NCBI GenBank assembly: GCA_041483895.1
Contig: JBGPGO010000001.1
Span: forward strand, 297,638-361,637
From: Fimbriimonadia bacterium
GTDB taxonomy: Bacteria; Armatimonadota; Fimbriimonadia; Fimbriimonadales; JABRVX01
DNA length: 64,000 nt
Direction: 5' to 3'
Notes under the pieces: generated by a model
Told to the model about the DNA's origin: nothing
The model's database searches: none
What the model saw: the letters and a program-made list of their open reading frames with translations, nothing else
Program-made: the position numbers and the translations under genes
Shown here: one piece after another, positions 46,572-54,470 of the stretch
Layout of the letters: each line of letters starts with the position of its first letter
How positions within the stretch are numbered: the first letter of the stretch is position 1

Positions 46572-48545
46572 ATGTACACGCTGCGAACCAAACCATCCTA
46601 TTCGGTGTTGGCAACCGCACTGATTCTGGTTGCGGGCCTGGGACTTTCCGGAAAGTTCCTCCGACGGTATGAGGTCCAGGCGGATAGAAACGCTCTTGCC
46701 AAATCGCGCAGCCCGTTTCTAAAGACCTCGAAATCCCACTTTATCCAGTGGATGGAATGGGGACCGGAGGTGTTCCAAGCAGCCAAACGGCGAGACGTGC
46801 CGATCTACATCGACATCGGCGTCTTTTGGAATCGTCTATGCGGCCGGATGAACGGGGAAATCAATGTCGATTCACAGCTCGCGCAGTATCTCAACGACCA
46901 TTTTGTGTGCGTGAAAATCGATGCGGAGCAAGAACCGGCGGTGGCAGCCTCGTTCTTGCGGCAAGCACGAACGCTGGGGGGGTCTGCCGATTGGCCTCTC
47001 GTCGCGGTCGCGGATCACCGGGGAGCGATCTTCCGAGTTGCGACGTGGGACCAGGACCTGTCCATTGAGCAGTTGTACGCTTGGCTGCAAGATGCCAGAG
47101 AACTCTGGGCGCAAAATAGGGCGGAGGTGACCAGGCTCGCCGATACCACTTTGGCTGCCGAACAAGAGTCCATCGTCTCGGCGGAGCATCGCCCGGCGGC
47201 TCCGGAGCCTGAAGTTCTGGCTGCGATGACGGAGAAACTATTCCAGCGCTACGACGCCCAGTACGGCGGCTTCGGAATCCCCCGCCAGGAGGGAAAGGGT
47301 GTTGATGGACCGGCGCTTCTGTTTCTCTTGGATCGCGCGGAGCGGGACAAGGATGCTGACTCAAAGCAAAAACTGCGATTCTGTCTGGACACATTGCGCG
47401 ACAGCGCCCTCCATGATTGGGTCAACGGAGGCTTCCATCTCTCCTCCTCGGATCGCGCGAGAAAGCTGCCGGATTTTGCGAAGCACATTGCCCTCAATGC
47501 GCAATTGCTGGAGATCTACGCTCGTGCAGCGAAGCTGTTCAATGATGAATCCTATCGAAAGATCGCCGGTGAAATCGTCGATTTCATTCAGACCACATTG
47601 TGGGATGACATGGAGGCGAAAGTATTCACGTCCGTCAGTTACGGCTTGTCGCCCTCTGAACGCGGCGCATATTACGCATGGTCGCTCAGCCAATTGAATA
47701 CGGTCTGTACTCCCACGGAGATCGCGGCGCTGCGGTACCGTTTTGGTTTGGATGAAGAGGGATCGATCCGGTGGGATACGTCGTTGCGAGTTTTCCACGT
47801 ATCGGCGAGTTTTGCGCAAATCGCTTCGAAGATGGGGATATCCGAGGCATCTGTTCGTTCGCTGATTGAAGATGCATTGGGAAATCTCCAAGACGCTCGG
47901 GATCGCCGAGCGTTGCTTCCGCCCGTGGATCGATCCGTTCACACAGACCTCAATGGGCTTGCCGCTTATTCCTTCGCGGTAGCCGGAAAAGCACTCGGCA
48001 ACGACAACCTCGTCAGCATGGGTGACAGGGTCATCCAGCACCTGCTGGACTTTAAGAAAGAACCGGATGGACTGCTCAATCATGGCTTAAGCACCGCGAC
48101 CGGCCTACTAGCGGATCAGGTTTGGCCCGCGCTTGCTTCGGTAGCCGTGTATCGAGCGAATGGCGATCCCGAACGGCTGCGGTTCGCGGAAGCAATCGCG
48201 GGGGCGTTGCAACGGCGATTCGAAGACCGGACGGGTTGGTGGGGACTGTGGATGCGGGCAACGGACAAAGCGCTTGCGGAGGCAGCACCGATCGAATCCA
48301 TGCGACTGGCCCCAATCGAACGAGGGATGATACCCTTCAAGCCGATCTACGACACGCTCTATATGTCGGACAACGCCGCGTCCGCGCTGCTGATGATCGA
48401 TCTGTACGAAGTCACCAAGAACCCGGAATATTGGGAGACGGCCCGCCGCATTCTGTTCGCGTTCGGCAAGAAACTGGAAGAGGGCGATCCGGCGCAAGTC
48501 GGTATGATGATCCCATTGAACCGGTTCTTGGAGGCGAAGCGATGA
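46572..48545 (+). CDS. thioredoxin-fold DUF255 / YyaL-SSP411-like protein with (alpha/alpha)6 C-terminal domain
   Basis: 657 aa. The N-terminal DUF255-like region reads VPIYIDIGVFWNRLCGRM...LNDHFVCVKIDAEQEP. The usual CxxC appears degenerate, with only one Cys. Confidence 0.75.
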   Translation: MYTLRTKPSYSVLATALILVAGLGLSGKFLRRYEVQADRNALAKSRSPFLKTSKSHFIQWMEWGPEVFQAAKRRDVPIYIDIGVFWNRLCGRMNGEINVDSQLAQYLNDHFVCVKIDAEQEPAVAASFLRQARTLGGSADWPLVAVADHRGAIFRVATWDQDLSIEQLYAWLQDARELWAQNRAEVTRLADTTLAAEQESIVSAEHRPAAPEPEVLAAMTEKLFQRYDAQYGGFGIPRQEGKGVDGPALLFLLDRAERDKDADSKQKLRFCLDTLRDSALHDWVNGGFHLSSSDRARKLPDFAKHIALNAQLLEIYARAAKLFNDESYRKIAGEIVDFIQTTLWDDMEAKVFTSVSYGLSPSERGAYYAWSLSQLNTVCTPTEIAALRYRFGLDEEGSIRWDTSLRVFHVSASFAQIASKMGISEASVRSLIEDALGNLQDARDRRALLPPVDRSVHTDLNGLAAYSFAVAGKALGNDNLVSMGDRVIQHLLDFKKEPDGLLNHGLSTATGLLADQVWPALASVAVYRANGDPERLRFAEAIAGALQRRFEDRTGWWGLWMRATDKALAEAAPIESMRLAPIERGMIPFKPIYDTLYMSDNAASALLMIDLYEVTKNPEYWETARRILFAFGKKLEEGDPAQVGMMIPLNRFLEAKR

Positions 48546-49135
48546 GCGAGCGATTGATCGTCGGGATCACGGGGGGTAGTGGCGCAATCTACGGTGTCCG
48601 CTTGTTGCACCGCGCGCTGGAAAGCTATGACGAAGTGTATGCCTGCGTCTCCCATGCGGCATCCATTGTGTTGCGGCAGGAGCTGGACCGGGAATTCGAT
48701 CCCGAAAATCCGTCGGCGGAGGCACTGCTCGGGCGATCTCCCTCCAATCTAACATTGCTCACACCCAAAGATTTCATGTCTCCTCCCGCCAGCGGTTCGT
48801 TCCGTCATTCAGGGATGATCATCGCCCCCTGCTCGATGGGGACCGCCGGCCGCATCGCCAACGGTGTCTCGGACGATCTGATATCGCGGGCCGCCGACGT
48901 CTGCCTCAAGGAGCGAAGTCCGTTGGTCCTCATCATCCGCGAATCACCCCTGTCCCTCGTCCACCTGAAAAACCTGACGGCGCTGACGGAGGCCGGTGCG
49001 ATTGTGATGCCCGCCGCGCCCGGATTCTACTTCCGGCCCAAGACGATCGATGAGATGGTAGACAGCGTCGTGGTGCGCGCGCTCCAGGTCATCGGCCGCG
49101 TGGATCCTTCCGCCAAGGAGTGGGGCAAGCATTAG
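48542..49135 (+). CDS. ubiX: flavin prenyltransferase UbiX
   Basis: Internal ATG 48542 of ORF 48122..49135 (ATGA overlap with the upstream stop). MSERLIVGITGGSGAIYG...MIIAPCSMGT...PLVLIIRESPLS..MPAAPGFY. Confidence 0.9.
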   Translation: MSERLIVGITGGSGAIYGVRLLHRALESYDEVYACVSHAASIVLRQELDREFDPENPSAEALLGRSPSNLTLLTPKDFMSPPASGSFRHSGMIIAPCSMGTAGRIANGVSDDLISRAADVCLKERSPLVLIIRESPLSLVHLKNLTALTEAGAIVMPAAPGFYFRPKTIDEMVDSVVVRALQVIGRVDPSAKEWGKH

Positions 49136-49138
49136 TCC

Positions 49139-49320
49139 TGGAGGGCTCCGCTCCGTCGGAGCCTCGTCGTTGGAGGGCTTCGCTCCGTCGGAGCCTCGTC
49201 GTTGGAGGGCTCCGCTCCGTCGGAGCCTCGTCGTTGGAGGGCTCCGCTCCGTCGGAGCCGAGAACTTGCGGAGAAGATCACGCCTGCCCGCGGGCGGCTC
49301 CGACGGAGCGGAGCCCTCCA
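49139..49320. repeat. array of 32-bp hairpin repeats (3.8 copies) plus a distal exact inverted copy
   Basis: The unit tggagggctccgctccgtcggagcctcgtcgt starts at 49139, 49171, 49203 and 49235 (the last partial). Each unit contains the ggctcc...ggagcc stem. ggctccgacggagcggagccctcca at 49296..49320 is the exact reverse complement of the first 25 nt of the unit. The array fills the gap between the convergent ubiX and kinase genes. Confidence 0.9.
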
Positions 49321-49323
49321 TGC

Positions 49324-50547
49324 TCATGCACGCGGTAGATAGATGCGGAACGTAGTCCCTTCGCCGACCGTGCTCTCCGCTTCCAACCGTCCGCTGTGCA
49401 TCTCGGCGATTTTGCGCACGATCGACGTCCCAAGGCCGGTTCCGCCCGCCTTGCTGCTCTCCGCGGTGCCGGCGAGAACCTGCGCCAGTCGCTCCGGGGG
49501 CATCCCCTTCCCGGTATCTCTAATCGTCAGACACACTTCGTCCGGAAGCTCGGCGATACCCATGTGGACCTTTCCGCCTTCCGGGGTGGCCTCGACCGCA
49601 TTGATCGTCAAATTGTAGACCGCCCTTTCCACCATCACCTCGTCCAACTGCAGCATGATCGGGCCGGCGGTATCGGCGATCAGCTCGACCCCCTTCGTCC
49701 GAGCCAGCTTCTGTTGGGTGAGAAATTCTCGCGAGGCAATCGCGCAAATGTCGGCGGGTTGCAGCGCTATCGCCATCTCTTTCCCCTTTGCGAGGTCTGC
49801 GATCATCTGCGTGTACCGATGGGTTTTTTGCGCTCCGCTCGCGATGATCTCGGCGGTCTCCTTCATGGATTGCAGCACGTCCGCCGCTCCCGTTCCATCA
49901 AGCGAGGGGGCCAGCATCTCCAGATCGAGCATGAGCGTCATCGCCCCCATGGTCAGCGGCGCGACCTTATTCTTGATATCGTGCGCGATATCGCCCATCG
50001 CGGCGAGACCTGTTGCCTTCTTGGCGTCTTCGGCAAGCTGCGCGTTTTGGATCGCCATCGCCGCGACGCTCCCGACGATCTCCAGCATCACGAGGTCCTC
50101 TTCGTTGAAGTCCCCGCTGCGCTTATTCAATACCTGAACGACGCCTACCGGTTGAGAATCCGCAACCAGCAGCGGTACTGTTACGAGCGAGCGCGTCGTG
50201 TGCTCGGTCTTTTTATCAAAACCCTTTTGGTGATCGCTCGCGCCGGCCACGTCGTTGTCGATACGGCTCAACCGATTGGTGAAAACCGAGCCGGCGATAC
50301 CCTGCGTGTCGGGGAACGACTGGCCCTGGAGCTGGGCGTTCATCTCCGGAGGCAGGACGTAGCCGAATACAAGCACCCCTTTCCGTGGATCGTGCAGGTA
50401 GATCGTGCCACCCGTCGCGTCCACCGATTCGACGCAAACAGTTAGGATGCTCTCCAGCGATCCATCGATGCTCGGGTTGGAAGAGAGCACCGAAGTCATC
50501 GCGTGAATGGCGGAGACGAGTCGCCGGTCCTGGGTCATGGCGGGCAA
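49324..50547 (-). CDS. GAF-domain sensor histidine kinase
   Basis: 407 aa with an N-terminal GAF domain. The H-box is IAHDIKNKVAPL. HATPase_c motifs are NLTINAVEA, IRDTGKGM and GGTGLGTSIV. No response regulator is adjacent. Confidence 0.85.
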   Translation of the reverse strand: MPAMTQDRRLVSAIHAMTSVLSSNPSIDGSLESILTVCVESVDATGGTIYLHDPRKGVLVFGYVLPPEMNAQLQGQSFPDTQGIAGSVFTNRLSRIDNDVAGASDHQKGFDKKTEHTTRSLVTVPLLVADSQPVGVVQVLNKRSGDFNEEDLVMLEIVGSVAAMAIQNAQLAEDAKKATGLAAMGDIAHDIKNKVAPLTMGAMTLMLDLEMLAPSLDGTGAADVLQSMKETAEIIASGAQKTHRYTQMIADLAKGKEMAIALQPADICAIASREFLTQQKLARTKGVELIADTAGPIMLQLDEVMVERAVYNLTINAVEATPEGGKVHMGIAELPDEVCLTIRDTGKGMPPERLAQVLAGTAESSKAGGTGLGTSIVRKIAEMHSGRLEAESTVGEGTTFRIYLPRA

Positions 50548-50565
50548 ATTCTACCCAAGTTTTGT

Positions 50566-51255
50566 CTACGTTTCTTGCGTAACTGGCCGCTTTTTCCACC
50601 AGGTCAGCCATCGGCGTCTGCGGTGGGGCGGGTGTTGTGTCGCATAGTGCACGTCCGCTGACAACAGTTCAAACCATTCGCCGAGCGCTTCGTTGAGATC
50701 GTCGAGGGAGAGTCTGTATGGCCCCCATTGGTTCTGCGGATCGTCCGCATCTTGCTGCTCGTGGCGGCTGCGGAGCAGGAGAACGCCATCCGGCGCCAGC
50801 GCCCGATTGACCTCGCCTGCGTAAAGTTGCCGTTCCACAGCATGGTGGCAGTGCAGGCAGCCCTGGTCGAAAACCGCTGCCAGCGCGCCGTCCCGAACCG
50901 GAAGACGAAGGGCATCCGCGACAAACAAGCGACCGGTCAGTTCTGGATGGGATTCGCTCGCGAACCGCAAGGCGGTCGGCGAGATGTCGAACCCGAAAGC
51001 AGTGCGGCCGGATTCCACGAGATACGCCAGGTCTGCCCCGGTGCCGCAACCGACATCTAAGATCGGTCGAATCGGTAGGCGCGGGTCAGCTTCCCGGAGG
51101 TTCTCATTCACCGACTCCAATGACCCGCCTTCGCCAGGTAGCTTGTCCAACTCCGCTTCCATCTCAGCCGTAGGCTGCTCGTGATACCAAGGAAGTTGCG
51201 TCGGGTCCGCCTGTCGGTATCGAGCTTCCCACTTCTCCGATCGATCGTTGTTCAT
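50566..51255 (-). CDS. class I SAM-dependent methyltransferase
   Basis: Trimmed to ATG 51255 (ATGA overlap with upstream stop). SAM motif ILDVGCGTGADL. Confidence 0.8.
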   Translation of the reverse strand: MNNDRSEKWEARYRQADPTQLPWYHEQPTAEMEAELDKLPGEGGSLESVNENLREADPRLPIRPILDVGCGTGADLAYLVESGRTAFGFDISPTALRFASESHPELTGRLFVADALRLPVRDGALAAVFDQGCLHCHHAVERQLYAGEVNRALAPDGVLLLRSRHEQQDADDPQNQWGPYRLSLDDLNEALGEWFELLSADVHYATQHPPHRRRRWLTWWKKRPVTQET

Positions 51256-51590
51256 GTGCGCTTCGACTTCGGCACTTTGGCGAGCACCAACGCGTGGCTG
51301 GTGGCGATCAGCTTCTTGCATTCGTCGCAGGTCGGCCGGTTGCTGACCGTGATGTTGACCCACCCGTTGTGCCACATGTAGGGCGCGGGGATGATATGGG
51401 GCTTATCCAGCAGGTCTCCCAACGCCTCCGGATCGGCCTTCAGCGAGACGTTCACTTTCCTCTCTTCATCGACAAGCGAAAACACCTTGCCATAAGTCTT
51501 GTAGACGAAGCACTCCCCTTGAAACACCATGGTGGAGCCTTCAAACGTCTCGCAGTAGTCCCGCAGCTCCTGTAGGTAGTCGATAGCCAT
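51252..51590 (-). CDS. MmcQ/YjbR-family protein
   Basis: 112 aa. The pattern [18 protein letters not shown]...VSLKADPE...[12 protein letters not shown] recalls the YjbR/MmcQ family. Confidence 0.7.
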   Translation of the reverse strand: MAIDYLQELRDYCETFEGSTMVFQGECFVYKTYGKVFSLVDEERKVNVSLKADPEALGDLLDKPHIIPAPYMWHNGWVNITVSNRPTCDECKKLIATSHALVLAKVPKSKRT

Positions 51591-51625
51591 ACCGGCATTT
51601 TGGCACGGTTGACCTCCGTCAAACC

Positions 51626-51665
51626 CCCTCCCCCGCTTGCGGGGGAGGGTTGGGGTGGGGGTTTT
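51626..51665 (+). other. GC hairpin plus G-quadruplex-type G-tract in divergent promoter region
   Basis: ccctccccc (51626..51634) and gggggaggg (51641..51649) form a 9-bp stem. The four G-runs GGGGG-A-GGG-TT-GGGG-T-GGGGG span 51641..51661. The tail gttggggtgggggtttt is shared with 11524..11538. Confidence 0.45.
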
Positions 51666-51685
51666 CGGCCATAATCACCGGCAGC

Positions 51686-52264
51686 ATGCTCCTGATGATC
51701 GACAACTACGACAGCTTCACCTACAACCTGGTCCAGTACCTGGGCGAGATGGGCGTTGAGCTGCTCGTAAAGCGAAACGACGAGCTGACGCTGGACGAGA
51801 TTGCATATATGGCGCCGGCGGGGATCGTGCTGTCACCGGGGCCATGCACGCCGGACCGAGCGGGCATCTGCCTGTCGCTCATCGAGCGATTCGCAGGCCA
51901 GATTCCATTGCTTGGGGTCTGTCTCGGCCACCAGGCCATTGGGCAGGCGTTTGGCGGCAAGGTGGTTCAGGCGGTCAAGATCATGCACGGCAAGCCGTCG
52001 AACATCAGGCACAACGGCACGGGGGTTTTCCAGGGTCTTCCCAATCCGTTCGCCGCAATACGATATCATTCGCTGGTGATTGAGAAGGAGTCGCTGCCGG
52101 ATTGTCTGGAAGTTACGGCGACGTCGGAAGATGATAATGAGATCATGGGTGTCCGCCACAAGGAGTTGGATGTCGAAGGGATTCAGTTTCATCCGGAGTC
52201 GGTTTTGACAGAGCATGGGAAGGATCTGCTTCACAATTTTGCGGTCCGGACCGGATTAACATAA
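51686..52264 (+). CDS. anthranilate/aminodeoxychorismate synthase glutamine amidotransferase component (TrpG/PabA)
   Basis: Trimmed to ATG 51686. [19 protein letters not shown], catalytic GVCLGHQ and the triad FHPES. Confidence 0.9.
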   Translation: MLLMIDNYDSFTYNLVQYLGEMGVELLVKRNDELTLDEIAYMAPAGIVLSPGPCTPDRAGICLSLIERFAGQIPLLGVCLGHQAIGQAFGGKVVQAVKIMHGKPSNIRHNGTGVFQGLPNPFAAIRYHSLVIEKESLPDCLEVTATSEDDNEIMGVRHKELDVEGIQFHPESVLTEHGKDLLHNFAVRTGLT

Positions 52265-53364
52265 TGGAACCAAAATATCAAAATCGAATCGAGAAAATGC
52301 AGCAAGCTCTTACGGACCAAGGCATAGACGCCTTCTTCGCCTCCACACCGGTCACGATGGGCTATCTGGCCAACTTTCACGAAGGCGGATGGGAGCGGAT
52401 GCTGCTCCTCGGCATCGCGCCCAATGAGGCGCCGGCCATGCTGATACCAGCGCTCAGCCACACGCAGGCGCAAGAGACGACGGGCCTCACGGACCTCACC
52501 ACATGGTCAGACGGCGAGGACCCCGGCCTGAAATTCGCGGATTGGGCGGACCGCTGGGGATTGCGAACCGGTGTCATCGCCGTGGACGATGAGATGTCCG
52601 CGTCCTACCTATTGCGAATGCAGCAGGCCCTTCCCGCCGCGCTGTTCAAGCCGGGCACACCGCTCATCGAAGCCTGCCGGGGGCGCAAAGACGCGTGGGA
52701 GATGGAGCGGATGGAAAAAGCCTCGGCGGCGGTCGACAAGGCCTACCTGGCGATCCAATCGATGATCAAACCGGGCGCCACGGAGCGAGAAATTCAATCG
52801 GCCATCCATCGCGCCACGGTTCCCCATGCCGACTCCGCCAGCTTCGCCATCGTGGCTTCGGGCCCGAACGGCGCGAAACCCCACTATCTGACCGGCGACG
52901 TGCCGGTACAGGAAGGCGACGTGATCGTCATGGATTTCGGCGCGACGGTAGATGGATACCAGGCCGACATCACCAGGACCGTCTGCGTCGGCAAGGCGAG
53001 CGACGACGCGAAGAAGATCTATCGCATCGTGCTAGCCGCTCACAACGCATCGCGGGCCGCCGCAAAGCCCGGCGTCCCCGCGCAAGAGGTTGACCGGGCC
53101 GGCCGCAAGAAGATTGCCGATGCGGGCTTTGGAGACTACTTTGTGCATCGCACCGGCCACGGCATCGGGTTGCAGGTACACGAGCCGCCGTTCATGGTCG
53201 AGGGAAACGAGAGTCCGCTGCAAGAGGGGAACTGCTTTACCGTCGAGCCGGGGATCTATCTGCCGGGCAAGTTGGGCGTGCGAATCGAAAACGTCTGCGC
53301 CATCACTTCCGATGGGTGCCGCTCGCTCAACGCCGACGCGCCAACCGAATTGCCGGAGCTATAG
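52264..53364 (+). CDS. M24-family Xaa-Pro aminopeptidase/dipeptidase
   Basis: 366 aa with metal ligand motifs DFGATVDGYQADITRT, HRTGHGIGLQVHE and EPGIY...RIEN. TAATG overlap with the upstream gene. Confidence 0.9.
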   Translation: MEPKYQNRIEKMQQALTDQGIDAFFASTPVTMGYLANFHEGGWERMLLLGIAPNEAPAMLIPALSHTQAQETTGLTDLTTWSDGEDPGLKFADWADRWGLRTGVIAVDDEMSASYLLRMQQALPAALFKPGTPLIEACRGRKDAWEMERMEKASAAVDKAYLAIQSMIKPGATEREIQSAIHRATVPHADSASFAIVASGPNGAKPHYLTGDVPVQEGDVIVMDFGATVDGYQADITRTVCVGKASDDAKKIYRIVLAAHNASRAAAKPGVPAQEVDRAGRKKIADAGFGDYFVHRTGHGIGLQVHEPPFMVEGNESPLQEGNCFTVEPGIYLPGKLGVRIENVCAITSDGCRSLNADAPTELPEL

Positions 53365-54300
53365 TTGACCGTTCTCTTCCTGTGGCAGGTCCCCGATCGG
53401 ATGCGGACCTACCTGCAAGACGGACTGCCCGACGTCCATCTGGTTTTCCCCGAGAACGACGATATGTTGGCACACACCGGAGCAGCCGACATCGTAGTCG
53501 GTTGGAGACCGACGGCGGAATTCCTCGATGCCGCAAAGAACCTAAGACTGTTCATCAATCCTGGCACCGGCGTTCGCCATCTTGTGCCGCTGATGCGCGG
53601 GCGAAACATCACCGTGGTCAACGGCCACGGTCACGCGGAGTTCGTCGCCCAGCACGCTGTGGCATTGCTTCTTGCCCTCTGCAACAAAATCGTTCCCCAC
53701 CACAATTGGATGGCGGCCGGCGAGTGGCGCAAAGGCGACGCGGACGCGGCGACGATTCCGCTCGAAGGCAAAACGGTCGGCCTGCTTGGCTACGGCGCGA
53801 TTAATCAATGCGTGCACAAACTCCTGCAAGGCTTCGACCTGTCGTTTGCGATCCACCGAAGAAGCGGGGAAACTACTCTCGACGAATTCCTCACCCAGAC
53901 GAACATCCTGATCGCCGCCGTCCCCGATACCGAAGAAACCAAAGGCATGATCGGCAGCCGGGAACTGGAGCTGTTGGGACCGTCCGCGCTGATCGTCAAC
54001 GTCGGCCGCGGCTCGCTGATCGAAGAAGAGCCGCTCTATCGCGCGCTCAAAGAGGGGCGCATCGGCGGCGCGGGCCTCGACGTTTGGTACGACTATTCTC
54101 CGGAACCGGACGATGACGGACACCGGTACCCCTATCACTTTCCGTTCCATGAGTTGCCAAATGTGGTCTTATCGCCTCACCGCGCGGCATCGCCCGGCGA
54201 TCACCTTCGGCGATGGGATGATGTAATCGAGAACATCAACCGCTTCGCCGCCGGTCGCGGCGATTTGCTCAACGTCGTGGATTTGGACAGAGGTTATTAG
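53365..54300 (+). CDS. D-isomer-specific 2-hydroxyacid dehydrogenase family protein
   Basis: 311 aa with NAD motif VGLLGYGAINQ, catalytic-region NVGRGSLIEE and SPHRAA. TTG start directly after the upstream TAG. Confidence 0.85.
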   Translation: MTVLFLWQVPDRMRTYLQDGLPDVHLVFPENDDMLAHTGAADIVVGWRPTAEFLDAAKNLRLFINPGTGVRHLVPLMRGRNITVVNGHGHAEFVAQHAVALLLALCNKIVPHHNWMAAGEWRKGDADAATIPLEGKTVGLLGYGAINQCVHKLLQGFDLSFAIHRRSGETTLDEFLTQTNILIAAVPDTEETKGMIGSRELELLGPSALIVNVGRGSLIEEEPLYRALKEGRIGGAGLDVWYDYSPEPDDDGHRYPYHFPFHELPNVVLSPHRAASPGDHLRRWDDVIENINRFAAGRGDLLNVVDLDRGY

Positions 54301-54435
54301 GGTGCCGTGGGTCGGATCGGCAATTCGATCTCGCAGACGTACCGCCACGACCCACGCGGCAACGAATTACCGTGGGTCTTGGAATCAATGAGTGAGAAGT
54401 GGCTGCTAATTCGACCCACGCCTACGAACAATGAA

Positions 54436-54463
54436 GCGGGCCCCGATCGTCATCGGGGCCCGC
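54436..54463 (-). terminator. rho-independent terminator of the 54471..57317 gene
   Basis: Perfect 12-bp stem gcgggccccgat / atcggggcccgc with a 4-nt loop, 8 nt after the stop. On the minus strand it is followed by TTCATTGTT. Confidence 0.65.
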
Positions 54464-54470
54464 CGATTAG

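Noticed and set aside
49139-49320. Possible CRISPR array
   Set aside because: The repeats abut directly with no unique spacers and the unit is internally palindromic. No cas genes or leader are present. It is a REP-like tandem repeat instead.
48944-49355. Three small ORFs (127, 72 and 61 aa) with repeated EGSAPSEP / APTERSPP peptides
   Set aside because: They are simply translations of the 32-bp hairpin repeat array in different frames and strands, and no RBS is present. I treat the region as a non-coding repeat.
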